Assembly: GCA_944384535.1 (NCBI GenBank)
Contig: CALWTS010000005.1
Span: 9,870 to 73,869 of the forward strand
Direction: 5' to 3'
Source: an uncultured Clostridia bacterium
Lineage (GTDB): Bacteria; Bacillota; Clostridia; Christensenellales; UBA1242
Length of the DNA stretch: 64,000 bases
In this document: positions 54,680-63,709 of the stretch, piece after piece
Position numbering within the stretch: position 1 is the stretch's first letter
How the letters are laid out: every line of letters starts with the position of its first letter
Notes under the pieces: generated by a model
What the model saw: only the letters and a program-made list of their open reading frames with translations
Database searches by the model: none
Told to the model about the DNA's origin: nothing
Translations under genes and position numbers: made by a program

Positions 54680-55921
54680 ATGTATATTTTATATATTTTT
54701 CTTGCCATAGTTATTCTTTTATTTATGGTTTTAGTTCATGAATTTGGACATTATTGTATTGGCAGGATGTTAAATTTTAAAATAAATGAGTTTTCAGTTG
54801 GTTTTGGAAAAGCTATTTTTTCTCGCAAAAATAAAAGAGGAGAACTAATTTCTTTAAGAATATTTCCTCTTGGTGGTTATTGTGCTTTTGCTGGGGAAGA
54901 GGATTGTGAAAATGATGATAAAAGTTCTTTTGTCAACCAAAAGCCATGGAAAAGAATTCTCGTTTTTTTAGCAGGAGTTACATTTAATTTTGCTACTGCA
55001 GTCTTTTTTTCATTAATTCTTTTATGTACAATTGGTTATGATATACCTCAAATTGTTAACAAATTTTCATTAGAAACTGATAACATTGTTAATGTTTATG
55101 GAGTTTCTATAAATAAAAATAATATTGTAAAAGATAGTTTAGTAACTTATTTAGATGATGATATGAATGTTTTACAACCTAATGATGTAATTATTTCTAT
55201 TAATGGTAATGCGATAGATTTTGCGTATGGATTTAATTATAGTGATTTACGAACAGAAGAATTTAATAATTTAATGAATTATCTTTCTAAAGAGAAAGAA
55301 AAAGCAGAGCAATCGAATATGGTTTTTGATGAAAAGTTAGCATTTCAAAATTACAATACAATTACAACTGCTACCGTTAAAAGAGGTAATGAATATATAG
55401 ATAATGTTTATTTAGGATTTTATCAACTTCAAATAGAACAACCAATGAAAGATGATAATGGTGAGATAATTGATGGTGAAACGGAAATAATATATGAATA
55501 TTTTTTTGATGCGAGTGTAAAAGCATACGTTTACTCATTTTCGGAAGCATTAGAAAGGGCTGTTCCTTTTAGTTTTGGTCTTGCGTGGGTTGTATTAAAA
55601 AGTTTATGGTTGTTAATTACTTTTCAATTACCAATTTCTGCTATAGGAGGACCAATTACAACAATTGCAACTATTGCTACATTTACTCAAGCAAGTGCAG
55701 CAAATCTTTTAATATTAATTCCTTTAATTTCAGCTAATTTAGCGGTATTTAATGCATTGCCAATTCCAGCTCTCGATGGAGCTCATGTTGTTTTTACAAC
55801 AATTGAAGCAATAAGGAAAAAACCTATCAAAAGAGAAATTGAAAACCTTATTCATACAATAGGATTATTAATTTTGTTTGGAGCGGTCATTCTTATTGAC
55901 TTTTTACATTTTATATTATAA
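54680..55921 (+). CDS. rseP: RseP/RasP-type M50 site-2 protease with a PDZ region
   Basis: HEFGHY in TM1, a central PDZ-like insert, and NALPIPALDG near the C-terminus. Conserved position after cdsA. Confidence 0.85.
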   Translation: MYILYIFLAIVILLFMVLVHEFGHYCIGRMLNFKINEFSVGFGKAIFSRKNKRGELISLRIFPLGGYCAFAGEEDCENDDKSSFVNQKPWKRILVFLAGVTFNFATAVFFSLILLCTIGYDIPQIVNKFSLETDNIVNVYGVSINKNNIVKDSLVTYLDDDMNVLQPNDVIISINGNAIDFAYGFNYSDLRTEEFNNLMNYLSKEKEKAEQSNMVFDEKLAFQNYNTITTATVKRGNEYIDNVYLGFYQLQIEQPMKDDNGEIIDGETEIIYEYFFDASVKAYVYSFSEALERAVPFSFGLAWVVLKSLWLLITFQLPISAIGGPITTIATIATFTQASAANLLILIPLISANLAVFNALPIPALDGAHVVFTTIEAIRKKPIKREIENLIHTIGLLILFGAVILIDFLHFIL

Positions 55922-55930
55922 TATTTACTC

Positions 55931-57448
55931 ATGATAAATTTGTTAGAAGAGATTAATTTAAAATTTCAAGGTAAATATAATTTTCTTAAATTATTAAATG
56001 TTGTATATGAAGATGATATATGTATCATAACTTTTTTGTATCCTTATTTTATAAACGATTTTACTGAAATAGAAAAGGAAAGTATAGAAAAATTTGTAAA
56101 AGAATTTTTGTTGTTAAATAAAAATGTTAAGGTTAAGTTTAAAAAAAGTTTTCTGGATGAAAAATTAATAATAAATGATATATTAGATTTTTTTAAAATA
56201 AATAAAAAAGGGCTTTATCCTTATTTATCTTATGATAAAATTAAAATTTCAAAAAATATTCAAGATGTTGAAATAAATATTTATTTTAATAATGACATTC
56301 TTGGATTAATTGATGAATTTGCTATAAGAAATGATATAAAAAATTTTTTAGAAAGAAAATATATTGCAAATTTTTATATAAATATTATTGGTAATAATGA
56401 AGTTTTACCGTCTGAAATCAAAGCCGATGATATAACACCTATTTCAAATAAAGTAAAAAGATATAATGTTATTTTAGAAAAGAAATTAATTGGTGGAGAT
56501 ATTATTCCTAAACCTGAGTTTATTGGGAATATAAAAAAAGCTAAAACATCTGTTATATTGGCAGGATTTATTGACAATATTATAAAAAAAACATTTTTAA
56601 TAAAAAAAGGAAAAAATGTAGGAAAAGAAAAATCCTTATATACTTTTAATTTAAATGATAATTCTGGGAAAATTGAGTGTGTACATTTTTGTGCTAAGTC
56701 TAATGAAAAAATTTTTGAGAACTTGAATAATTTAGATTTTTTACTGTGTGTTGGAAATATTAAGTTAGGACTAAATGGACAGCTGGTATATTACATAAAT
56801 AAAATTTCTAAAGCAAATCCTATTTTAGAGAATGAAAAACAAGAAAACATATGTATACATAAACAAGTCGTGCATCCTGATTTGTTGCCAAGAAATGATC
56901 AATCTAATATGTTTGAGGTAAAACAAGAATATAATGATTTTATAATGAAAAATAATATCGTGGTTTTTGATATTGAAACTACAGGTTTAGATTTTGAAAA
57001 TGATGAGATAACTGAAATAGGTGCAGTAAAAATTGAAAAGGGAGAAATAACTCAAAGATTTTCTAGTTTTGCTAAACCTAAGAATCCTATTCCTTTTGAA
57101 GTTCAAAAATTGACAAATATAACCAATGAAATGGTAGAAAATGCACCAAAAATAGAAGACGTGATTATTGATTTTTTTGAATGGAGTAGGGGTTGTGTTA
57201 TTAGTGGCTACAATGTTATAGGATTTGATATGAAATTTATTAAAAAAATTGCAAATAATTTAAATTTGAAATTTGATAATGAAGTCGTTGATACAATGAT
57301 GCTTGTAAGGCAATCTAGTTTAAAAGTTACGAATTACAAACTTGGTACAGTTGTTAAATTTTTTGGGTTAGTATTAAATGATGCACATAGAGCTTTTAAT
57401 GATGCTTTTGCTACAGCTAAAGTGCTATTAGAACTTAATAAAAAATAA
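55931..57448 (+). CDS. PolC-like N-terminal domains + OB fold + DnaQ-type 3'-5' exonuclease, without PHP or polymerase domains
   Basis: 505 aa in the polC slot (between rseP and rimP). OB-like VILAGFIDNI...FNLNDNSGKIECVHF...CVGNIKL. Exo motifs VVFDIETTGL, SGYNVIGFDMKF, and HRAFNDAFATAKV. Confidence 0.6.
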   Translation: MINLLEEINLKFQGKYNFLKLLNVVYEDDICIITFLYPYFINDFTEIEKESIEKFVKEFLLLNKNVKVKFKKSFLDEKLIINDILDFFKINKKGLYPYLSYDKIKISKNIQDVEINIYFNNDILGLIDEFAIRNDIKNFLERKYIANFYINIIGNNEVLPSEIKADDITPISNKVKRYNVILEKKLIGGDIIPKPEFIGNIKKAKTSVILAGFIDNIIKKTFLIKKGKNVGKEKSLYTFNLNDNSGKIECVHFCAKSNEKIFENLNNLDFLLCVGNIKLGLNGQLVYYINKISKANPILENEKQENICIHKQVVHPDLLPRNDQSNMFEVKQEYNDFIMKNNIVVFDIETTGLDFENDEITEIGAVKIEKGEITQRFSSFAKPKNPIPFEVQKLTNITNEMVENAPKIEDVIIDFFEWSRGCVISGYNVIGFDMKFIKKIANNLNLKFDNEVVDTMMLVRQSSLKVTNYKLGTVVKFFGLVLNDAHRAFNDAFATAKVLLELNKK

Positions 57449-57474
57449 AAAATTTTTCTTTTTTTTAATAATAC

Positions 57475-57503
57475 TTGATTTTATATACTAAGTTTGCTAT
57501 AAT
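57475..57503 (+). promoter_or_regulatory. Sigma-A promoter (extended -10) for the rimP-nusA-infB operon
   Basis: TTGATT (57475-57480), 17-nt spacer ending TGc, TATAAT (57498-57503). Confidence 0.55.
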
Positions 57504-57518
57504 ATTATAGACTTGAGT

Positions 57519-57551
57519 GTAGGGAGCGTGCAATTTTGCAACGCTCCCTAC
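57519..57551 (+). promoter_or_regulatory. G+C-rich leader hairpin upstream of rimP
   Basis: GTAGGGAGCGTGCAA / TTGCAACGCTCCCTAC forms about 15 bp with one bulge. No U-tract follows. Its 3' arm (CTCCCT) is complementary to the rimP SD AGGGAGG (57559-57565). Confidence 0.55.
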
Positions 57552-57571
57552 TTCGTAAAGGGAGGAATAAT

Positions 57572-58033
57572 TTGGCAAAAAAAATAAAAGTGATATGTGA
57601 AGAAAAAATAGTACCGGTTATAAACAATATGGGATATGAAGTTGTTGATATTGAGTATGTTAAAAAATCTGATGGAATGAATTTAACTTTTTATATTGAT
57701 AAAGAAAATGGGGTAAATATTGAAGATTGTGAAATGGTTTCAAAAACAATAGATCCTTTATTAGATGAGCTTGATCCTACAGATGGTTTACCATATATCC
57801 TTAATATTAGTTCCCCAGGAATTGATCGTCCGTTAACTAAGGATAGAGATTTTCAGAGAAATTTGAATAAGGAAATATCTGTTACGTTATTTTCAAAATT
57901 AAATGGTGAAAAAAAATTTAATGGAGAATTAGTTAACTACGATAATAATTCAATATCTATTAAAATTGGACAAAACGTTTTAGTCTTGGACAAAAAATTG
58001 ATTGCACATATCGTGCCAATAATAAAATTTTAA
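57572..58033 (+). CDS. rimP: Ribosome maturation factor RimP
   Basis: TTG 57572 lies 6 nt after AGGGAGG. The track start at 57536 is inside the leader hairpin. GYEVVDIEYVK, SSPGIDRPL. Confidence 0.85.
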   Translation: MAKKIKVICEEKIVPVINNMGYEVVDIEYVKKSDGMNLTFYIDKENGVNIEDCEMVSKTIDPLLDELDPTDGLPYILNISSPGIDRPLTKDRDFQRNLNKEISVTLFSKLNGEKKFNGELVNYDNNSISIKIGQNVLVLDKKLIAHIVPIIKF

Positions 58034-58046
58034 GGAGTAGCATAAA

Positions 58047-59207
58047 ATGATTAATAAAGATTTTTTTCAGGCGTTGGAAGATTTAGAAATTGAAAAGAAA
58101 ATTAATAAAGAAACTTTTATTAGTACTTTAGAAACTGCTTTAACTTCAGCTTATAAAAAAATGTATGGAGAAGCAAAATCTGCGATGGTAAAATTGAATC
58201 CAGACAAAGCAACAATAAAGATTTATTCTTACAAAACTGTAGTTGATGAAGTTCAGGATCCAGATAAGGAAATATCTTTATCAGAAGCAAGATTGTTAAA
58301 AAAATCTTACAAAGTAGGAGATATTGTACAAACAGAAGAATCAACAAAGGATTTTGGAAGAATTGCTGCACAAACAGCTAAACAAGTAGTTATGCAAAAA
58401 ATCAAAGAAATGGAACGTCAAATTGCTGTTTCTGAATTATCAGAAAAAGAAGATGAATTACTTACAACTATTGTAAAAAGAATTGATAATGGCACTGTAT
58501 ATGTTCAAATTTCTAACACACATACAGAAGGAGTTATGTTACCATCTGACCAAATTCCAGGAGAAAAGTTTAATGTAGGAGATAGAGTTAAAGTATATGT
58601 TAAAAAAATTAAAGACTCGTTTAAAGGAACACAAATACAGGTAACTAGAAGTAATATTGGTTTTGTTAGAAAATTGTTTGAGCTAGAAATTCCAGAAGTG
58701 GCTAATGGAGATATAAAAATTAAAAATATCGCTAGAGACCCTGGAAATAGAACAAAAGTAGCAATTTATACAGAAAAAGCAAACATTGATCCAGTTGGAA
58801 CTTGTGTAGGTTTTCATGGACAAAGAATAGATACTATAACTTCAGAAATTAATGGCGAAAAGATTGATTTAATAGAGTTTAGTGATGATCCTTTAGAGTA
58901 TATAGCAAAAGCTTTAAGTCCTGCAAAGGTAATAAGTGTTGAAACAAATGAAAGTTTACATTCTTCAAGAGTGATTGTTCCTGATGATAAACTTTCACTT
59001 GCTATAGGTAAGAATGGTCAAAACGTTCGTTTAGCGGCTAGATTAACAGGTTGGAAAATAGAAGTGAAACCTGAAAGCGCAGTGTCCCATTCTGAGATTA
59101 AAGAACCTGAATACGAACTAACAGAGTTAAATGATGATGAAGCTTTTAAGGGATTAGAAGATTTAGAAGAGTTAGAAGAAATTACTACAGATGATGATAA
59201 CGAATAA
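58047..59207 (+). CDS. nusA: Transcription termination/antitermination factor NusA
   Basis: N-terminal domain, S1 (GTVYVQI..), two KH domains (CVGFHGQRI, AIGKNGQNVRLAARLTGWKIEV) and an acidic tail. Confidence 0.95.
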   Translation: MINKDFFQALEDLEIEKKINKETFISTLETALTSAYKKMYGEAKSAMVKLNPDKATIKIYSYKTVVDEVQDPDKEISLSEARLLKKSYKVGDIVQTEESTKDFGRIAAQTAKQVVMQKIKEMERQIAVSELSEKEDELLTTIVKRIDNGTVYVQISNTHTEGVMLPSDQIPGEKFNVGDRVKVYVKKIKDSFKGTQIQVTRSNIGFVRKLFELEIPEVANGDIKIKNIARDPGNRTKVAIYTEKANIDPVGTCVGFHGQRIDTITSEINGEKIDLIEFSDDPLEYIAKALSPAKVISVETNESLHSSRVIVPDDKLSLAIGKNGQNVRLAARLTGWKIEVKPESAVSHSEIKEPEYELTELNDDEAFKGLEDLEELEEITTDDDNE

Positions 59208-59221
59208 AAAGGAATATTTTT

Positions 59222-59485
59222 ATGGATAAGTTAAGAATGTGTATTGTTTGTAGAGAAATGCAAGATAAGAGGGATTTAATTAGAATAGTTAAAAATAAAG
59301 ATAATGAAATATTTGTTGATTTAACTGGTAAAAAAAATGGAAGAGGTGCTTATGTTTGCAAAAAAAGTGAGTGCTTAAATAAAATTATCAAACAAAAAAC
59401 TTTAAATAAAACTTTTAAAATGAATATTCCTGATGAAATCTATGAAAAGTTAAGGGAGGAGATAGTTGGATATCAACAAAATTAG
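59222..59485 (+). CDS. ylxR: YlxR (RnpM, DUF448) RNA-binding protein
   Basis: RMCIVCREMQDKRDLIRIV, GRGAYVC; 87 aa after nusA. Confidence 0.85.
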   Translation: MDKLRMCIVCREMQDKRDLIRIVKNKDNEIFVDLTGKKNGRGAYVCKKSECLNKIIKQKTLNKTFKMNIPDEIYEKLREEIVGYQQN

Positions 59486-59753
59486 AGGATATCTTAATAT
59501 TTCACAAAAAGCTGGATATATTATCTGGGGAGGAGACAATTTAAAAGATTATACAAAAAAACTTTATTTAGTTTTATATAATCCAAATTGTCAAAAAAGT
59601 ACAATTAAGATAGTTGAAAAAATTAAACAAAAAGATATATTAGTTGTTCCTTTAGAAAATTTAGGAATTTTATTAAAGAGAGAAAATTGTAAAATAATTG
59701 GTATCAAAAATAAAAAAATGAGTGACATAATTTATAGTTTATCACTTGAATAA
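59466..59753 (+). CDS. ylxQ: L7Ae-family RNA-binding protein YlxQ
   Basis: TTG start after GGGAGGAG, overlapping ylxR. The LNISQKAGYIIWGGDNL pattern and the conserved position before infB. Confidence 0.7.
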   Translation: MDINKIRGYLNISQKAGYIIWGGDNLKDYTKKLYLVLYNPNCQKSTIKIVEKIKQKDILVVPLENLGILLKRENCKIIGIKNKKMSDIIYSLSLE

Positions 59754-59765
59754 AAGGAGTAAAAA

Positions 59766-62300
59766 TTGGCTAATCAAGCATTACAAAATTTAAGAAAAAT
59801 TCATGATTTACAAAAAGATGGTGAGATTTCAAAAATATTAAGAGATATAAGGTCATCTAAAAGTAAAGTGGATTTGTTAAGCAATAACCTTATAAAAAGA
59901 AAAAAGGTATTGTTAGACAATGAAATAAAAATGGCTGAAATCAATACAAATGATGAGGTAAAGGAAATAAAACCTGTTAAAGAAGTTGAAAAAGTTGAAG
60001 CGAAAGTTGCGGAAGTTCAAGCAACTGCATTTGTTGATAGAAAAAATAGAGAAACAAACTCCTTTAAAAGTTTTAAAAATACTAATAATACAAGTAATAA
60101 TTTCTCTCAAAACAAAAATACTCAATTTAAAAACAATAGAGATGGTAACTATAACAATAATACTAGGTTTAATAATCAAAAGAATAATAATTTAACTTAT
60201 AATAGAGATAAGAATAAAAATTTTGGCAATAAAAATAATAATCAAAAAAAGTTTGGCAATACCAATTTTGTATCTTCTAAAGGTAATAGTTATAAATCTT
60301 TTGTTAATGAAGATTTACCTGAAATTGATTTAAAAAATGAAAGAAATTATGCCAACAAAACAAAGTTTGCACAAAAACATAATAACAATTATGATGAAAA
60401 GAAAACACAAGGCAAACGAAGAGAAGAAAACAAAAAGAACAATATTTTTATTGAAGATGAAAATGGATTTGAAGAAATAACTTTTGGATCTAGAAAAAGC
60501 ATAAAAAAGAAAAAGGAAAACAACGAAAAAGTTAATATTATAACAATTAAACATGCTGTAATTACATCAAGGGAAATAACTGTTAAAGAATTTAGTGAAA
60601 AAATAGGTAAGCCTGTTGCAGAAATTGTAAAAAAACTAATGTTATTAGGAGTTATGGCAACAATAAATTCAAATATTGATTTTGAAACAGCTGAATTAAT
60701 TGCTAGTGATTTTGGAATAACTTTAGAATTAAAAATTGATAAATCATATGAAGAAAAATTAATAGAAACCGCTCAAAGTCAAGATGATGAGAAAAATTTA
60801 GTAAAAAGGCCTCCTGTTGTAGCTGTTATGGGACATGTTGATCATGGAAAAACATCTTTACTTGATGCTTTTCGTAAAACTAATGTTGTTGCAGGAGAAG
60901 CTGGCGGTATAACTCAAAGTATAGGTGCATATCAAATTTCTTTTAATGGAGAAAAAATAACATTTATTGATACTCCTGGTCATGCTGCTTTCACACAAAT
61001 GAGAGCTAGAGGTGCAAAAGCTACTGACATTGCAATTTTAGTAGTTGCTGCTGATGATGGAGTTATGCCTCAGACTATTGAAGCAATTAATCATATAAAA
61101 GCTGCAAATGTTCCAATAATAGTGGCTATAAACAAAATGGATAAACCTGAAGCAAATCCAGAAAGAATAAAACAACAATTAGCAGAAAACAATGTCTTAC
61201 CTGAAGAATGGGGTGGTGATGCAATTTGTGTTCCTATTTCAGCGAAAACAGGTATGGGACTTGATGATTTAAAACAAACAATTTTATTAGTAAGCGAAAT
61301 ACAAGAGTTAAAAGCGAATCCTCATAAAATGGCTACTGGTGTTGTAATAGAAGCAGAATTAGATAAAAATAGGGGACCTGTTGCATCTATAATAGTGCAA
61401 AATGGAACTTTAAAAGTTGGTGATTCCATTATGTCCGGGTTAACCTATGGAAAAGTAAGAGCAATGTTTAATGATACGGGAAAACCTATAAAATTTGCTG
61501 GTCCATCTACTCCTGTTGCTATATTAGGATTTAACGATGTTCCATCTGCGGGCGATCAAGTATATGCAGTTGAGGAAACTTTGTCTAAACAAGTTATACA
61601 GGAAAGAATTGATAAAATTAAAAAAGAAAGAAGCAGTCAATCTTCTGGTGTAACATTAGATGATTTCATGAACAAGGTTCATGAAGGTGAACTTAAGAAC
61701 TTAAACGTTATTATTAAAGCAGATACGGTTGGTTCAGTTGAAGCTTTAAAAGTTGCTCTACTTGCTATTCGAAACGAGGAAGCTAAAGTTAATATTGTTC
61801 ATTTTGGTGCAGGTTCTGTCACCGAAAGTGATGTTATACTTGCTCAAACAACAGGTGCAGTTATCATTTCATTTAATCAAAAAGTTTCTTCTAAAATTAA
61901 AAATTTGTCTGAATCTTTAAAGGTTCAAATAAAAGAATATAATATTATTTATGAGGTCGTAGATGAAATTACTTCGGCTATTACTGGTATGCTTAGTATT
62001 AAATATGAAGAAGTATATATTGGAAGTGCAGAGATTAGAATGGTATTTAAGTTGTCATCAGCAGGGAAAATTGCAGGAAGTTATATAAAAGATGGAAAAG
62101 CTGTAAGAAATGCTATTGTAGTATTAAAGAGAGGAAATGAAATATTAGGTAAAACCTCTATAGATTCATTAAAAATAGTTAAGGATGAAAAATCTGAAGT
62201 TAGTAAAGGTTATGAATGTGGAATAAAACTTAAAGATGATTTTGATATTAAAGAAGGTGATATTTTAGAATTTTATTCCAAACAAGTTGTAAAAAGATAA
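59766..62300 (+). CDS. infB: Translation initiation factor IF-2 with an Asn/Lys-rich N-terminal region
   Basis: TTG start 6 nt after GGAG. G domain GHVDHGKTSLLD, DTPGHAAF, NKMD. 844 aa. Confidence 0.95.
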   Translation: MANQALQNLRKIHDLQKDGEISKILRDIRSSKSKVDLLSNNLIKRKKVLLDNEIKMAEINTNDEVKEIKPVKEVEKVEAKVAEVQATAFVDRKNRETNSFKSFKNTNNTSNNFSQNKNTQFKNNRDGNYNNNTRFNNQKNNNLTYNRDKNKNFGNKNNNQKKFGNTNFVSSKGNSYKSFVNEDLPEIDLKNERNYANKTKFAQKHNNNYDEKKTQGKRREENKKNNIFIEDENGFEEITFGSRKSIKKKKENNEKVNIITIKHAVITSREITVKEFSEKIGKPVAEIVKKLMLLGVMATINSNIDFETAELIASDFGITLELKIDKSYEEKLIETAQSQDDEKNLVKRPPVVAVMGHVDHGKTSLLDAFRKTNVVAGEAGGITQSIGAYQISFNGEKITFIDTPGHAAFTQMRARGAKATDIAILVVAADDGVMPQTIEAINHIKAANVPIIVAINKMDKPEANPERIKQQLAENNVLPEEWGGDAICVPISAKTGMGLDDLKQTILLVSEIQELKANPHKMATGVVIEAELDKNRGPVASIIVQNGTLKVGDSIMSGLTYGKVRAMFNDTGKPIKFAGPSTPVAILGFNDVPSAGDQVYAVEETLSKQVIQERIDKIKKERSSQSSGVTLDDFMNKVHEGELKNLNVIIKADTVGSVEALKVALLAIRNEEAKVNIVHFGAGSVTESDVILAQTTGAVIISFNQKVSSKIKNLSESLKVQIKEYNIIYEVVDEITSAITGMLSIKYEEVYIGSAEIRMVFKLSSAGKIAGSYIKDGKAVRNAIVVLKRGNEILGKTSIDSLKIVKDEKSEVSKGYECGIKLKDDFDIKEGDILEFYSKQVVKR

Positions 62301-62375
62301 ATGTAGTATAATCATTTTGAAAAAAAAAATTTTTCAAGTATAATTAGTTTATATTAGTAATTAGGAGATGATTAT

Positions 62376-62744
62376 ATGAGTATAAGATTTGAGAGAGCAA
62401 ATAGTGAAATTCAAAGATGTTTGTCTGATATCATACAGAACAAGATGAATGATCCACGTTTAAGCTCTCTTTTATATTTGAGTGAAGTGGATATAACACC
62501 AGATTTTAATTATTGTAAAGTTAAAGTTGCATTAGATGTTAATGATGAAAAGAAATTAAATGATATTGTAGAGATTTTGCAAAAATCTGAAGGATATATT
62601 AAAAAAGAATTAGTTAAAATGGTTAAAATGCCTCATGTACCTAAATTAAATTTTATTGCTGATAAGGGAACGCAAGCAACTATAAGAATAAATGAAATAT
62701 TAAAAAATTTAAGTATACCAAAGGAAGAAGATGATAATGAATAA
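62376..62744 (+). CDS. rbfA: Ribosome-binding factor A
   Basis: RFERANSEIQRCLSDII, VKVALD, MPHVPKLNF; 122 aa. Confidence 0.9.
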   Translation: MSIRFERANSEIQRCLSDIIQNKMNDPRLSSLLYLSEVDITPDFNYCKVKVALDVNDEKKLNDIVEILQKSEGYIKKELVKMVKMPHVPKLNFIADKGTQATIRINEILKNLSIPKEEDDNE

Positions 62745-63693
62745 TAATACTTTTAAAGAAATAAAAAAAGCTATAAAAAAAGCTAAAGCTGTTGCTGTAT
62801 TTACGCATATTAATCCAGATTATGATGCATTGGGCTCGGCTATGTCTATGGTTTTGGCATGTAGGAATATGGGAAAAAAATCATATTTATTTACAAAAGA
62901 TAAATTAACAGATAGGCAAGAATTAATTTTTGATAAATCTTTAGTTTTAAATACAAAATCTGATTTAGAAAGTTTTGATTTGTATATCTCTGTTGATACA
63001 CCAAGCATAGAAAGATTGGGAGAATATGGACAAGATTTTATAAAATATGAAAATACTATCGTTATAGATCATCACAATAACAATGGTTTGGTCGGTAAAT
63101 TGAATTATGTTAATATAAATTATAGTTCTTGTTCGGAAATTGTTTTAAAAATTCTTTGTAAAATAAAAAATACCATTAATTCTAATGTTGCATCATATCT
63201 TTTTTCTGGAATTTCCGGAGATACTGGAACATTTACTAATACAAATGTAAATGAAAATTCATTCTCTTCTGCTTTACAACTACTAAAATTAGGTGCAGAT
63301 ATTACCTCTATTAATGAAAAGCAATATAAAAATAGAACAAAAAAAGATATAGATTTTGAAAGATATTTATTAAATAATTTTACTACCGTAAAAGACTGTG
63401 CTTATTGTTTAATAGATAGTGATACTTTAAAACAAATGAAAGGTAAAAAATCTGATTGCGATAATTTTAGTTCTGAATTAATAAAAATTCAAGGGATAAA
63501 TTATAGTTTTTCTATAATAGAGGATAAAAAGGGAATTTATCACATTTCATTAAGATCTATGAATAGATACGATGTAAGAAAAATTGCTGAAAAGTTAGGT
63601 GGTGGTGGACATGTTTGTGCTGCTGGTGCTACTATTACCGCAGGCGATATTTTAGAAGCAAAAAATAAAGTTCTTAGTCTTATATTAAAGTAG
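62731..63693 (+). CDS. nrnA: DHH/DHHA1 family phosphoesterase (NrnA-like nanoRNase / pAp phosphatase)
   Basis: HINPDYDALGS, IDHHNNN, GDTGTF, GGGGHVCAAGA. Clostridial-type position between rbfA and truB. Confidence 0.8.
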   Translation: MIMNNNTFKEIKKAIKKAKAVAVFTHINPDYDALGSAMSMVLACRNMGKKSYLFTKDKLTDRQELIFDKSLVLNTKSDLESFDLYISVDTPSIERLGEYGQDFIKYENTIVIDHHNNNGLVGKLNYVNINYSSCSEIVLKILCKIKNTINSNVASYLFSGISGDTGTFTNTNVNENSFSSALQLLKLGADITSINEKQYKNRTKKDIDFERYLLNNFTTVKDCAYCLIDSDTLKQMKGKKSDCDNFSSELIKIQGINYSFSIIEDKKGIYHISLRSMNRYDVRKIAEKLGGGGHVCAAGATITAGDILEAKNKVLSLILK

Positions 63694-63709
63694 GAGATAT
63701 TTTTATAAA

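Noticed and set aside
57536-57571. N-terminal extension of rimP
   Set aside because: The start lies inside the leader hairpin. TTG 57572 has a perfect AGGGAGG SD and gives a normal-length RimP.
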